DNA of 64,000 bases from Nitrospira sp. (GTDB lineage: Bacteria > Nitrospirota > Nitrospiria > Nitrospirales > Nitrospiraceae). The DNA is taken from contig AP038806.1 of NCBI GenBank assembly GCA_047150005.1, forward strand, positions 1,696,001 through 1,760,000, read 5' to 3'. Shown here piece after piece: positions 1-9,311 of this stretch. Below the pieces are notes generated by a model. That model had not been told where the DNA came from. It saw only the letters and a list, made by a program, of their open reading frames with translations, and did not search any database. The first letter of the stretch is position 1. Each line of letters opens with the position of its first letter. The position numbers were made by a program, and so were the translations under genes.

Positions 1-380
1 AAGAAGACGTGCCCTTGGGAGGGTTCTATTATTGCCCGCACCATCCGGACGGCCAAGTCCGGCGGTATGCCGTCCATTGCCTGTGCCGCAGGCCTCAGCC
101 GGGGCTTTTGATTCGCGCGGCCTCTGAATTGGCTGTCGACATGGCTCAGTCGTGGATGGTAGGAGCGACACTCGACGACATGGAGACCGGCCGGTGGGTC
201 GGGTGCCGAACGGTTTTATTAACGAATGGTCATGAGACCGAGTGGAACCTCACCGAACCGCGCTGGCCCGACTACATCGCCGGAACCCTTTTAGAAGCCT
301 CCCAGTTGATCGCGCTGTCGAGTCCCCGTGGGGTGATCCAGATCCCGATCGATCGAATAAGCCGTCCACCACTTTTGTAA
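1..380 (+). CDS. HAD-IIIA / GmhB-like phosphatase, C-terminal part (5' end outside window)
   Basis: FYYCPHHP..CLCRRPQPGLL..SWMVGATLDDMETG..GCRTVLL matches the GmhB/HisB-N Zn-binding and C-terminal motifs; the canonical K (CRKP) and D (GD) are replaced by R and A. Confidence 0.75.
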   Translation, partial: EDVPLGGFYYCPHHPDGQVRRYAVHCLCRRPQPGLLIRAASELAVDMAQSWMVGATLDDMETGRWVGCRTVLLTNGHETEWNLTEPRWPDYIAGTLLEASQLIALSSPRGVIQIPIDRISRPPLL

Positions 381-464
381 CAGCCGCGGGAATCGGCCGG
401 CCGACCCGGGCGACAGAAGGAACGGAACACCACGCATCAGAATAATCGAACGCTCACACAGCCC

Positions 465-812
465 ATGCAACAGTGTATTGAGGCTTATTTGGCCTGCGCC
501 AGGATCTGCGACCGCTGCGCCGACGACATGATCGGCATGATCGGAACGAGTGGCGGACACGACCAACGTCTGCAGCAGCTCTGTATCAGGTTGTGTCAGG
601 ATTGCGCGGATGTATGTACGCTTTCGGCCCGGTGGATGAGCGGGCTCTCGCCGTCCGCCGAATCCCTGTGCCGCGCGTGTGCCGAGATCTGTGATCGCTG
701 CGCCGAAATCTGCGTGCAGCACGCCCCACATCACCCGTTGTGCCGGACCTGTGCCGAGGAATGTCGACGTTGCGCGGGAGCCTGCCGCGAGATGACGGGT
801 GCGGCGGCATGA
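465..812 (+). CDS. Cys-rich four-helix-bundle copper-storage protein (Csp3/DUF326-like)
   Basis: 115 aa with 18 Cys in repeated CxxxC/CxxC helical pattern (CAEICDRCAEIC, CRTCAEECRRCAGAC); no signal peptide. Confidence 0.85.
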   Translation: MQQCIEAYLACARICDRCADDMIGMIGTSGGHDQRLQQLCIRLCQDCADVCTLSARWMSGLSPSAESLCRACAEICDRCAEICVQHAPHHPLCRTCAEECRRCAGACREMTGAAA

Positions 813-824
813 CCGGTCCGGTCA

Positions 825-840
825 TAGGGAATCTCCCAGT
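825..840 (+). promoter_or_regulatory. Palindromic activator-like box (TAGGGAATCTCCCAGT)
   Basis: 20 bp identical to 47267-47286; CATTCT hexamer at 863-868 after a 22-nt spacer. Confidence 0.6.
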
Positions 841-1098
841 AGGCGGCTCCATGCGGTATGGCCATTCTACAAAGAGAGACCTCCGAGACCTCATCCCGAC
901 CGGGCGCGGGGGCGGAACACGTCGAACGAGGGACATGTGAACCGGCATCGATCAAGAAGAGGTTGCTGCGTCGCCGCCGCAGCCTAATCCTCCGCCTCAG
1001 CCGTCGCGTCCGCAGCCGTAACACATCTGAACGCGAATCGGAGGAATACCGGTTCCGGACATTCACAACTCAGGAGATCCTAGGAAGGAGGTTCCGCC

Positions 1099-1500
1099 AT
1101 GACTCGCGTTACCTCGGCTTGGGTCGTTGTGACGCTTATAGTGGCGATGGGTGTCCCATCCCTGTCGCAAGCGACTGGGGACCTCGCCGAGCCCGCCGAC
1201 GCTGAGCTGCACCTGGTCGCGGGAACCCTGTCCAAACTCGATCTTTCGAACGGCAAGGGCTTGCTGACGACCGATCTTGGGCGTCCGATCTATTTCGATG
1301 TGTCGAAGGTCTACTTGTTCGAAAACGTGACCGTCGGAGCCAGAATTGCCATGCGTCTGGACCGATACGGTCATGCGGTTCGAGTGATGGACGCGTCCAT
1401 TCCTGATGTCGTGCCGCAGAGGAGTCCGACTGCGGAGCAGCTGCCGGCCGAGCCGTTCTCGGCGGACGGGACAGAGGAAAAGGGGACGGAAGGTCCGTAA
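1099..1500 (+). CDS. Hypothetical secreted protein (small beta-barrel-like)
   Basis: AAGGAGG RBS upstream, hydrophobic N-terminal signal (AWVVVTLIVAMGVPSLSQA). Confidence 0.65.
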   Translation: MTRVTSAWVVVTLIVAMGVPSLSQATGDLAEPADAELHLVAGTLSKLDLSNGKGLLTTDLGRPIYFDVSKVYLFENVTVGARIAMRLDRYGHAVRVMDASIPDVVPQRSPTAEQLPAEPFSADGTEEKGTEGP

Positions 1501-2183
1501 CGGATCACTCTTCGTCCCTTGCTCGAGACGAAGCAGTCTGTCCGGCTTGGAACATGTTGTCCGACTGTCTTCAGAACGGTCACACGCCTCGCCCACAGCG
1601 GCAGAGGCAATTGCGCGAAGTCTACAGGGAGATCACAGGCTGCAGGCATTGCTGTCGGACGGCCTCTGGAGCGGTCCGTCTCTTGCACGAACTCTTGCAC
1701 CCATTGAATGACAGCCGACGAAGAACGAAGAGATGGATAACCGTATGCGGGACGAAGGGGGACCGTCCCCTTGCCGTCCGACGCGACGATCATCGCATCG
1801 CTGACCGGCCTTCTGGGCGGCACGGCTATCTGGGAGAATCGGGAGCTCTGTTGAAGACCGTTGTCTTTCGTTGCCACGCGGCCGAGGGAAAGGAACGCAT
1901 TCGTACGCGCCCCCGTTCGAACCGTTCTGTCACGGAACCGAGAGTTGCCCACTGTTCGGTTCATGACACTCCCGCACTAAGGGCCGAACTCGACGAGAGA
2001 CGACGCAAGGCAGAGGAGATCTCCTCCTCTGCCTTCTTTGTTCGCTGCTCCGGCGTCCACCTCACTCCAGACGGATTGTCCTTTCCGAGACAACTTGATC
2101 CCATGACTCGGCCGCGGGGCGGCAACGAGCCGGCTCGAAAGGGCTGAAAAGCGACCGAACGCCTCCGGCAATCGTGTGGCGCC

Positions 2184-2198
2184 CGGCACGAATCTCGC
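2184..2198 (+). promoter_or_regulatory. Possible sigma54 -24/-12 promoter
   Basis: CGGCACGAATCTCGC = GG-N10-GC, close to TGGCACG-N4-TTGC, ~80 bp upstream of the DksA/TraR gene. Confidence 0.35.
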
Positions 2199-2277
2199 GG
2201 CTCCGGACTTGCACAAGCTAATCAAGCAATTGAAACGTGCTCTATTTTCATCCCCTCTGTTCATCCAAGGAGTTGCC

Positions 2278-2691
2278 ATGCACAAGACGATGACGGAAAC
2301 CGAACGGCGGCCAGACGTGCTGCGGGCTCTGCTCCTCGAGCGGCGCGCGACACTGCAGAAAGAGATCGATCGGTTGATCGCCCAACATCGGGATCAGCAC
2401 GGGCATTTTCAAGACAGTTCGGTGCTGGATCTCGAAGATATGTCATTGCGCGACGCGACGGCGGCGCAGCAAATTGCCCTGCTGGAAGCCAGGACGCGCC
2501 AGCGTGTGCAGCTGGATGAAGCCTTGCAGCGCTTGGATGAAGGCACCTATGGCATCTGCCAGGACTGCGAGGTACCGATTGCCGCCGGCCGTCTGCAGGC
2601 ATTGCCCTTCGCGCGGCGATGCGTCTCATGTCAGGAGCAGTTCGAAGTATTCGAGCGCATCGTACACCGTGAGGACCGCGACGAATCCTAG
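2278..2691 (+). CDS. TraR/DksA family C4 zinc-finger protein
   Basis: Coiled coil followed by ALQRLDEGTYGICQDCEVPIAAGRLQALPFARRCVSCQ; AAGGAG RBS before ATG 2278. Confidence 0.9.
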   Translation: MHKTMTETERRPDVLRALLLERRATLQKEIDRLIAQHRDQHGHFQDSSVLDLEDMSLRDATAAQQIALLEARTRQRVQLDEALQRLDEGTYGICQDCEVPIAAGRLQALPFARRCVSCQEQFEVFERIVHREDRDES

Positions 2692-2889
2692 CAGTGTGTT
2701 GACAAACCCTGTGATGACCTCCGACAGCCTGCTAGCGCTGGAGACGGTCTGCGGAGCGGAACCACGAAGGCACGCATCAATCGATCGCGAGCGTATCAAG
2801 CGTATCAATAGGAGGATCTATGCGTGAACATACGGACAGAACGGCCGCCCTCGCTCTTCCCCGCTCCTCACGCACGGCACGTTTCAGTA

Positions 2890-3015
2890 TGCGATGAGGC
2901 GGTGCTGCAGAGCGGGCGCGCTCGAGGCCTGCGTCCATACTGAGGGCTCCCGCGCCATAGCAGGCGACATAGAGGAGTCCTCCCATGATCGACAGGTTTT
3001 CAGAAAATGAATGGC
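2890..3015 (-). pseudogene. DoxX-family membrane protein, C-terminal remnant
   Basis: FSENLSIMGGLLYVACYGAGALSMD matches the DoxX C-terminus (F.KNL.I.GGLL....GAG..SLD); no recognisable N-terminal part; boundaries approximate. Confidence 0.55.
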
Positions 3016-3285
3016 TTAAAGTGTCCGGGTATTGCGACGGGCCGCGCGCCCGAGCGACAACAGTACCAATCCCAGCCCGCCGCCGCCTTCGAGACCGTCG
3101 TTCCAACGTTGCCGGCTCCAGCCGTCCGCCGTCCCGTCCCGGCACCATCGCGGCCAGTTCGATCGACCGTCTGACGGTGTGAGAGGGAAACGTGTCCGCA
3201 TTCCAAGGAATCGATTCACCGAGGGCAAAGGCGTTCGCCCGCCTCCCCGATGGCCTGAACGCGGACACGAGTACAGAGAAGAGTG

Positions 3286-4092
3286 TCACGGTGTGTCCAA
3301 CTCCTGAGTCAGTACCTCGGTCATGTGGCGTGTCTCGGCCCACGTCAAGCTGCCGCGTGGAGGGTGTCGTGCGTCTTCGTACTCTCCCCGGTCCATGTCA
3401 ACCAGATATTGGGACCAGGAAAGCAGCGTGCCTTGGCACACGCGTGGATCGGCCGGCAGGCTCTGCATGTCGAGCCTGACGCGCCGCAGCATCTCCTGCA
3501 TGAACCATTCGGGAACTCGGAGGCGATGCGCGGGATAGATGTATCCGAACAACAGGACATGGCTGAACAGGACACGCCAATGGACGTTGAAACGACGGAG
3601 TAGCCTGGCCCAGTCCATGAGATGGACTCGCGCGCGCAGGAGATGGGCGATGTCTCCGCCGTCGTAGCGGTGGCGTTCCATGACGAAGGCCTTGGACCAC
3701 AGCATCTCTTCCGCCGGTACCACCTTGACCCGGATGCCGAGAATAACCGAGGGCAAGGCGTGCTGGAACCACAGATCGTCAACGACGCAGAGCCCGTTGC
3801 CGGAGTTAAAGATGACGTCGATGCTGTGTTCCTGCTTCCAGGCCTTGCCCAGCCAATGGGTGAACCGCCATTCGGTCTGAAAACCAGTCCGGCTCAGACA
3901 GTCCATGAGCCGGTGGCGGTCGGTTGATCGAACGAAGAGGTCCAGATCCTTGGTCCGCCGGACCAATCCGGTGTGACTTTCCAGTCCAAACGCGCCGCCG
4001 ACGAGGAACGGAACGCCGGAGGCCTGGAGGCTGGCCAGCGCCTCCCGATAGATGTCATGAGCCTGGTTTTCAGGCATCCAGTCCGACTGCAT
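3286..4092 (-). CDS. Nucleotidyltransferase-family protein (pol-beta superfamily)
   Basis: FLVGGAFGL..RRTKDLDLFV = GG..DxD NTase motif; HWLGKA, IDVIF; start taken at ATG 4092 with GAGG RBS. Confidence 0.8.
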   Translation of the reverse strand: MQSDWMPENQAHDIYREALASLQASGVPFLVGGAFGLESHTGLVRRTKDLDLFVRSTDRHRLMDCLSRTGFQTEWRFTHWLGKAWKQEHSIDVIFNSGNGLCVVDDLWFQHALPSVILGIRVKVVPAEEMLWSKAFVMERHRYDGGDIAHLLRARVHLMDWARLLRRFNVHWRVLFSHVLLFGYIYPAHRLRVPEWFMQEMLRRVRLDMQSLPADPRVCQGTLLSWSQYLVDMDRGEYEDARHPPRGSLTWAETRHMTEVLTQELDTP

Positions 4093-4867
4093 GGGTGTCC
4101 TCTCTGGTTGCCGCGAGGGGCTCAGACGCCGCCGGCAGCGCGAGAATACGGACCGCACGCCGGCCGGGAAAATGTCGGCGCAGCAGCGGGAAGGCGACGT
4201 TGTACACCGGCACCCCGCCGAGGGTTCTGCCTTCCAGGCTTCCCTGGTGCGCATGGCCGTGGAACAGGGCGCTGGCTCCGTACCGGTTGACCGGTTCTTC
4301 CAGCCGGCTGGAACCCAGGAACGGAAAAATCTCGGACGGCTCCCCCTGGACCGTGCCCGCAATCGGCGCGTAATGCATCATCACGACGCGTGACGGAGCC
4401 CGCAGTTTCGCCAAGGCCGATTCTAACTTGAGCGTTTCATCAACGGACTCACGAACGAACTGTTTCAGCATACTTTCCCCCCACGGCTGCAGCGCCCGTT
4501 CCCCGAATCCGCCGCAGAATCCTTTCACGCCGGCGAATCCGATCCCTCGCACCTCGACCGCCGTGCCGTCGAGGATCGTCACGCCATGATCCATGAACAC
4601 ACGCGCCAGCGCCTCCTGCTGCTCGGATTCGAATTCATGGTTTCCCAGGACTGCTAGGACCGGCAACGGCCGCAGCGCGTCCAGATGTTCTTCCCAAAGG
4701 CGCGCCTCCTCCACCCGCCCGAATTCCGTCAGATCGCCGCAGAGGAGCAACACATCGGCGTCTTCCGCGAGCCGGTGGAACAAGTCCCTCAATTCCTCAT
4801 CGGATGTGCGGGGACAATGCAAATCTCCCACGGCCGCGATACGAACGGTGCTGCGCTCGGCGCCCAT
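4070..4867 (-). CDS. Metallophosphoesterase (calcineurin-like)
   Basis: GDLH, GDLT, GNHE, MMHYAP and HGHAH motifs; overlaps the downstream NTase gene. Confidence 0.9.
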   Translation of the reverse strand: MGAERSTVRIAAVGDLHCPRTSDEELRDLFHRLAEDADVLLLCGDLTEFGRVEEARLWEEHLDALRPLPVLAVLGNHEFESEQQEALARVFMDHGVTILDGTAVEVRGIGFAGVKGFCGGFGERALQPWGESMLKQFVRESVDETLKLESALAKLRAPSRVVMMHYAPIAGTVQGEPSEIFPFLGSSRLEEPVNRYGASALFHGHAHQGSLEGRTLGGVPVYNVAFPLLRRHFPGRRAVRILALPAASEPLAATREDTHAVGLDA

Positions 4868-4941
4868 GAATTCAAGACCTCGCCGACTTCGCCGTGGAGT
4901 CCGCCCCTCTGCTTCGAGACAAGGCCGAAGGCATCATCAGA

Positions 4942-5277
4942 TCATCCCCGATTGTGTGAGGACTCCCGCGCTTCGCGAAACGCGTCCTTGCCGCTTTGCG
5001 CATACTCTTTCGCGGCCCTGCCGGCATCCTGCGCGGCTTCCTGGCCCTGCTCGTAATATTCTCGACCCCGTTCCACCGCCGTGTCCCATGCGGCCCGGCC
5101 GCGCTCAAAGGCGTCGTCCTTGGCCCGCGAAGCATAGTTTCGCAACATACCTCGCAACTCAGATCCGGTCTGCGGCGCGAACAACAGCGCCACACCAGCC
5201 CCGATCAGCGCGCCTGCAATGAAGGCAGACCAGCCCGTCACATCGTCCTCGTAATACTCGTAATCACTGTTGCGCAT
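4942..5277 (-). CDS. YtxH-domain general stress protein
   Basis: FIAGALIGAGVALLFAPQTGSELR is the YtxH signature; GAGGAGG RBS before ATG 5277. Confidence 0.85.
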   Translation of the reverse strand: MRNSDYEYYEDDVTGWSAFIAGALIGAGVALLFAPQTGSELRGMLRNYASRAKDDAFERGRAAWDTAVERGREYYEQGQEAAQDAGRAAKEYAQSGKDAFREARESSHNRG

Positions 5278-5333
5278 CGCATCCTCCTCTTCTCGCGTGA
5301 TCGTAAAAGTATGACCGAATTTAATGGAAGCCG

Positions 5334-5349
5334 TGCAAAGCTCGGACCG
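5334..5349 (-). promoter_or_regulatory. Possible sigma54 -24/-12 promoter for the ytxH-phosphoesterase-NTase operon
   Basis: Minus strand CGGTCCGAGCTTTGCA = GG-N10-GC with TTGCA, ~57 bp upstream of the ATG. Confidence 0.4.
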
Positions 5350-5510
5350 GCAGGCGACGAGGCGATATTTCAGAACATTTGTGGTGAACGGGCGTGAGAA
5401 CGATACCGAATCACGACAGGTTGTCCTCCGTCGAGATAGAATGTCCGATATTTCTTTCGCGGAGCCTCCACGTGACGTGAATGTACCGGGCTGGGGAAAA
5501 GGCCTTGACC

Positions 5511-5536
5511 GGATTCCCCGCTTCCGGGGGAATGAC
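5511..5536. repeat. REP/RPE-like palindromic element
   Basis: Minus strand GTCATTCCCCCGGAAGCGGGGAATCC resembles the widespread GTCATTCCCGCG.AGGCGGGAATCC element (translates SFPRKRGI). Confidence 0.5.
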
Positions 5537-5697
5537 AAACTTCCTTACTTCTGATGCCACATTGACCCACTACCGAGCGCTTGCCGGACAGGGTCGTGAA
5601 CAGGCATGATAGTCGGTCGGCATGGAAATTGGTTTGCGAGACAGGGGTCGCTACCGGGTCGACCGGGATCGATTGTTCGGAGCGGGCTGAATCCGAC

Positions 5698-5713
5698 TGG
5701 GGCTTTCCCTAGT
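5698..5713 (+). promoter_or_regulatory. Palindromic activator-like box upstream of GT4
   Basis: TGGGGCTTTCCCTAGT, then 22 nt, then TAGGAT (5736-5741). Confidence 0.6.
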
Positions 5714-5828
5714 TCGAGGAACGCGCTGCGCCCCATAGGATGGGGAGGCTCAAGGGACCCCCCCGATCCCTACGTATCATGGGCGCCATTGCCAATAAGA
5801 ACTTCAACAATACAGAAAGGACGAGGAC

Positions 5829-6947
5829 ATGAAGATCGCGCAGATATCTCCGCTCTGGGAAAGCGTACCTCCAAAACTCTATGGAGGCACCGAACGGATC
5901 GTTTCTTATTTGACCGAAGAACTGGTCCGCCAAGGCCACGAAGTCACCCTCTTCGCAAGCGGGGATTCCAAGACCAACGCGAAATTGCAATCGTTCTGCC
6001 CTCACGCGTTGCGCTTGAACACCGGGCTGGTGAACCGCGATGCCCCGCTGGTGCTTCAGCTCGAGCGGGCTCTGGGGGCCGCGGCCGATGAGTTCGACAT
6101 CGTGCATTCGCATCTCGACTTTCTGGGATTTCCGATGAGCCGTCGTGCACATGTTCCCGTCGTCACCACGATGCACGGACGACTGGACCTGCCCGAGCTG
6201 GGCCCGATCTTTCAGGAGTACGCCGAGATGGCGGTCGTGTCCATTTCCAACGCGCAACGGACCCCGCTGCCCGGCGCGAACTGGGCGGATACCGTGTATC
6301 ACGGCATTCCGGCCAACCTGTACCGACCGCATGATCAGCCGGGATCCTACCTCGCATTTCTCGGGCGCATTTCTCCCGAAAAGTGCCCGGATCATGCCAT
6401 CGAACTCGCTAAGCGGGTCGGACTCCCGCTCCGCATCGCCGCCAAGGTCGATCCCGCGGACCAGGAGTATTTCAAACAGAAGATTGAACGGTTGCTCGAC
6501 CATCCGCTGGTGGAATACGTGGGAGAAATCAACGACGCGGAGAAGGACGACTTTCTCGGCCATGCGGCGGCGCTGGTCTGCCCCTACGACTGGCCGGAAC
6601 CCTTCGGGCTTGTGCTGATTGAAGCGATGGCCTGCGGAACTCCGGTCCTGGCATATCGGCGCGGGTCTATCCCCGAGGTCATCGACCATGGAGTGACAGG
6701 CCTTGTCTGCGACGATCTGGACGATATGGTGCAGGCGGTCCCGCGCATTTCGTTGATCGACCGTCGGCGGTGCCGGGAGGTCTTCGAATCACGCTTTACG
6801 GTGGAGCGCATGGTGCGTGAGTATGTGGCCCTGTATGAGCGGTTGATCGCCCTGCCGGTCCGGACCAAGCCTCATGCGCATGTCCGAGGCGGCAATCAGG
6901 GGTTGGTCGGAGCAGGAAGCACATTGACCAAGCCGGATGCGGCCTAG
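5829..6947 (+). CDS. Glycosyltransferase family 4
   Basis: MKIAQISPLWESVPPKLYGGTER N-terminus; FLGRISPEK; EPFGLVLIEAMACGTPV (E-x7-E). Confidence 0.93.
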   Translation: MKIAQISPLWESVPPKLYGGTERIVSYLTEELVRQGHEVTLFASGDSKTNAKLQSFCPHALRLNTGLVNRDAPLVLQLERALGAAADEFDIVHSHLDFLGFPMSRRAHVPVVTTMHGRLDLPELGPIFQEYAEMAVVSISNAQRTPLPGANWADTVYHGIPANLYRPHDQPGSYLAFLGRISPEKCPDHAIELAKRVGLPLRIAAKVDPADQEYFKQKIERLLDHPLVEYVGEINDAEKDDFLGHAAALVCPYDWPEPFGLVLIEAMACGTPVLAYRRGSIPEVIDHGVTGLVCDDLDDMVQAVPRISLIDRRRCREVFESRFTVERMVREYVALYERLIALPVRTKPHAHVRGGNQGLVGAGSTLTKPDAA

Positions 6948-6989
6948 GCTGGGCGTGCAAGGATCGGAGACGGTGGCTCGTGATTCGAG

Positions 6990-7830
6990 TCACCGTCTCG
7001 ACAGCCGGGACTGCATCGCATCCGTCACGGCTCGTGCCGATCGTTCGTAGCCCTCCCAAGGATCGTGGGTCTGATCCTTGATCCGCTCCATGATATTCAT
7101 TACCGTGAATCGATCGGATTTCAGCTTCGGACTCAGTTCATCCCAGGAGATCGGCGCGCAGATTGGCGCGCCGGACTTGGCTCTGGGCGAATAGGCGGCG
7201 ATGGCCGTCGCGCCCCGGGCATTGCGCAGGTAGTCGATGAACACCTTCCCTTTCCTCGCCCGTTGGCCATGACGGCCGTGAACCGTTCCGGGATCGTTGC
7301 CGCCATGTGATCGGCGGCCGATTTGGCAAACTCCTTGGCCTCTTCCCAACCCACATTTCGCTGGATTGGTGCGACCACGTGCAGGCCGCGGCCTCCCGTC
7401 GTCCTGAGAAAGCATACGAGGCCGAGCTCCGTGAGCAGGCCTTTCATCAGCTGCGCCGCCTCGACGACGCGTGCCCACGGCAGTGAAGGATCGGGATCCA
7501 AGTCGAACGTTAGCCGATCCGGCCGGTCCAGTCGGTCGCGCGTGGCGCCCCAGGTCTGTCACTCGAGCACGCCCATCTGCACGAGGTCCAGCAACGCCCC
7601 GAGCGAGTCCGCCGTCATATACGTTGCTCGACCGCCGTCCTCCTCGATCTCGACGCGACCGATCGCCGGCGGCATCCGCTCATTGACGTGCTTCTGATAA
7701 AAGCACTCCTGATAACCTTGCGGACAGCGGACAAGGGTCAACGGACGTCCGCGCAGGTGCGGAAGGATGCGATCGGCGATCAACTCGTAATACCGGGCCA
7801 GGTCCTTCTTGGTCAGGCCGGCGTCGCTTG
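6990..7830 (-). pseudogene. ligD: LigD polymerase (primase-polymerase) domain, frameshifted fragment
   Basis: Motifs in different frames: TKKDLARYY..RPLTLVRCPQG..FYQKH; FDLDPDP..TTGGRGLHV; RKGKVFIDYLRNARGATAIAAYSPRA; no ligase domain or clear start. Confidence 0.85.
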
Positions 7831-8008
7831 GTTAAGGGGTCCGGCCGAAGTCGCGCTTGAGACGGTAGCGTCGGAGTTGTCGGGCGATCTCGCCGCTCTT
7901 CACAGCTGACAGGCTCCGTCGGTCGTCATCCACCTTATCGACGCCACGTGCGGAAGCACCAGATCAAGCTAGGGCCAAGAATTTCGCAAAGAAATCAGAT
8001 CGCGATAC

Positions 8009-8024
8009 TAGGGATGTTCCCAGT
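8009..8024 (+). promoter_or_regulatory. Palindromic activator-like box upstream of Crp/Fnr gene
   Basis: TAGGGATGTTCCCAGT, then 22 nt, then GATAGT (8047-8052). Confidence 0.6.
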
Positions 8025-8109
8025 ACAAGATGCGGGGGATCGCCGGGATAGTAAAAAATGGACGCGGTCATCGATGACTACGGAAATAGATAAGGATCTA
8101 GACAGGAGA

Positions 8110-8826
8110 ATGGAACGGGATTTTCCCGAATGCCGCAATGCCATACTGGCAGCGTTGCCGGAGAAAGAATTGCGGCTGGTTCGTGAGTGGGGCCATCGAG
8201 TGTCATTCCACGAGGGCAAAATCCTCCAGTCGGCCGGCACGGCATGCGAATGGCTGTTCTTTCCCACGAGCGCCGCCCTGTCGCTGATGGCGGTGACCCA
8301 GGACGGGCTCTCGATCGAGACGGGGCTGATCGGCCAAGAGGGCATGGTCGGCCTGCTGCAGTTTTCCGGGTCTCGGAGTCAGTCGCTCGAATGCATGGTC
8401 CAGCACGGCGGAATGGCCTGTCAACTGTCGTCGTCGGTGCGGCGGGCGCAACTGCCCACCCTGTATGAACTCGTCTTGCGCTACGCGGGATATCGGTTGG
8501 CGGAACTGGCGCAAACCGCGATCTGCAACAGGTTTCACTTGGTGCGGCAGCGATTGAGCCGGTGGCTGCTGACGGCTCAGGATCGTACGGGCCAGCAGGA
8601 GTTGGAGTTTACCCAGGAAATGCTGTCCGCTATTGTGGGAGCCAGACGACCGGTGGTGACGTCATTGATCGGAAGGATGCAGAGCGAGGGCCTGATTGAA
8701 TATCGGCGAGGATGCCTGGTCATCCAGGACCGGCCGGGATTGGAGACGTCGTCGTGCGAATGCTACGGAATTCTGTGCGACGCATTGGCCGAATATCTGC
8801 AGAGCTTGCCCCTCCGGCATTCCTAG
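8110..8826 (+). CDS. Crp/Fnr family transcriptional regulator
   Basis: cNMP-like domain (GLIGQEGMVG), CNRFH..QRLSRWLL, HTH TQEMLSAIVGARRPVVT, C-terminal SCECY; AGGAGA RBS. Confidence 0.9.
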   Translation: MERDFPECRNAILAALPEKELRLVREWGHRVSFHEGKILQSAGTACEWLFFPTSAALSLMAVTQDGLSIETGLIGQEGMVGLLQFSGSRSQSLECMVQHGGMACQLSSSVRRAQLPTLYELVLRYAGYRLAELAQTAICNRFHLVRQRLSRWLLTAQDRTGQQELEFTQEMLSAIVGARRPVVTSLIGRMQSEGLIEYRRGCLVIQDRPGLETSSCECYGILCDALAEYLQSLPLRHS

Positions 8827-8904
8827 GCTATTCCTAGCTTACCTAGCCTGTCTCAGGTCCTGCCTGGTCAACCCGCCTCATCGGATCCACGATTCACCGA
8901 CATC

Positions 8905-8918
8905 GTCAGCCGTATGAC
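8905..8918 (+). promoter_or_regulatory. Possible class II Crp/Fnr-type site
   Basis: GTCA-N6-TGAC palindrome centred at -41.5 if TATTGT (8941-8946) is the -10. Confidence 0.35.
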
Positions 8919-8957
8919 AGACAGGCACGCGCCGATAGGGTATTGTGAACCGGCAAC

Positions 8958-9311
8958 GTGGGCTTGATCAAGGACGCCCAGCCGAACGCGTTCAGCGCGG
9001 ACTCACGAACGGACAATCGCATCCTTGGCTCTCTGAGTCAGACCGATCGTCGATTACTGTGGGCCTCGATGGAACTGGTGTCCCTCGCCAAAGGGACGAT
9101 CGTCGAGACCACGGACGAACCCGTGGCCTTTGCATACTTTCCCGTCCAAGCGGTCCTCTCGTTGTTCGGCACCGTCGGGGACGAGTGCAAGCTCGAGATC
9201 GCCATCATTCTTCACCGCCAGGAACTCGAACGGCGGACTTGCGAATGCTATGCCCTTCTCGCCAAGCACATTCGGGACACGCCGCCTGCCTTGCCGGGCT
9301 TCGAATATTGA
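8958..9311 (+). pseudogene. Crp/Fnr paralog with in-frame internal deletion (HTH lost)
   Basis: N-terminus (NRILGSL..YFPVQAVLSL..LEIAI) joins directly to the C-terminal ILHRQELERRTCECY; compare the intact 8110-8826 gene. Confidence 0.7.

Noticed and set aside
1500..2150. Overlapping ~197-aa ORFs on both strands
   Set aside because: No recognisable family or RBS; at most a decayed gene that I cannot identify.
8822..8847. Three clustered CCTAG words after the Crp gene
   Set aside because: Half-site spacing (13 bp) does not match the 14-bp core, and no promoter geometry fits.
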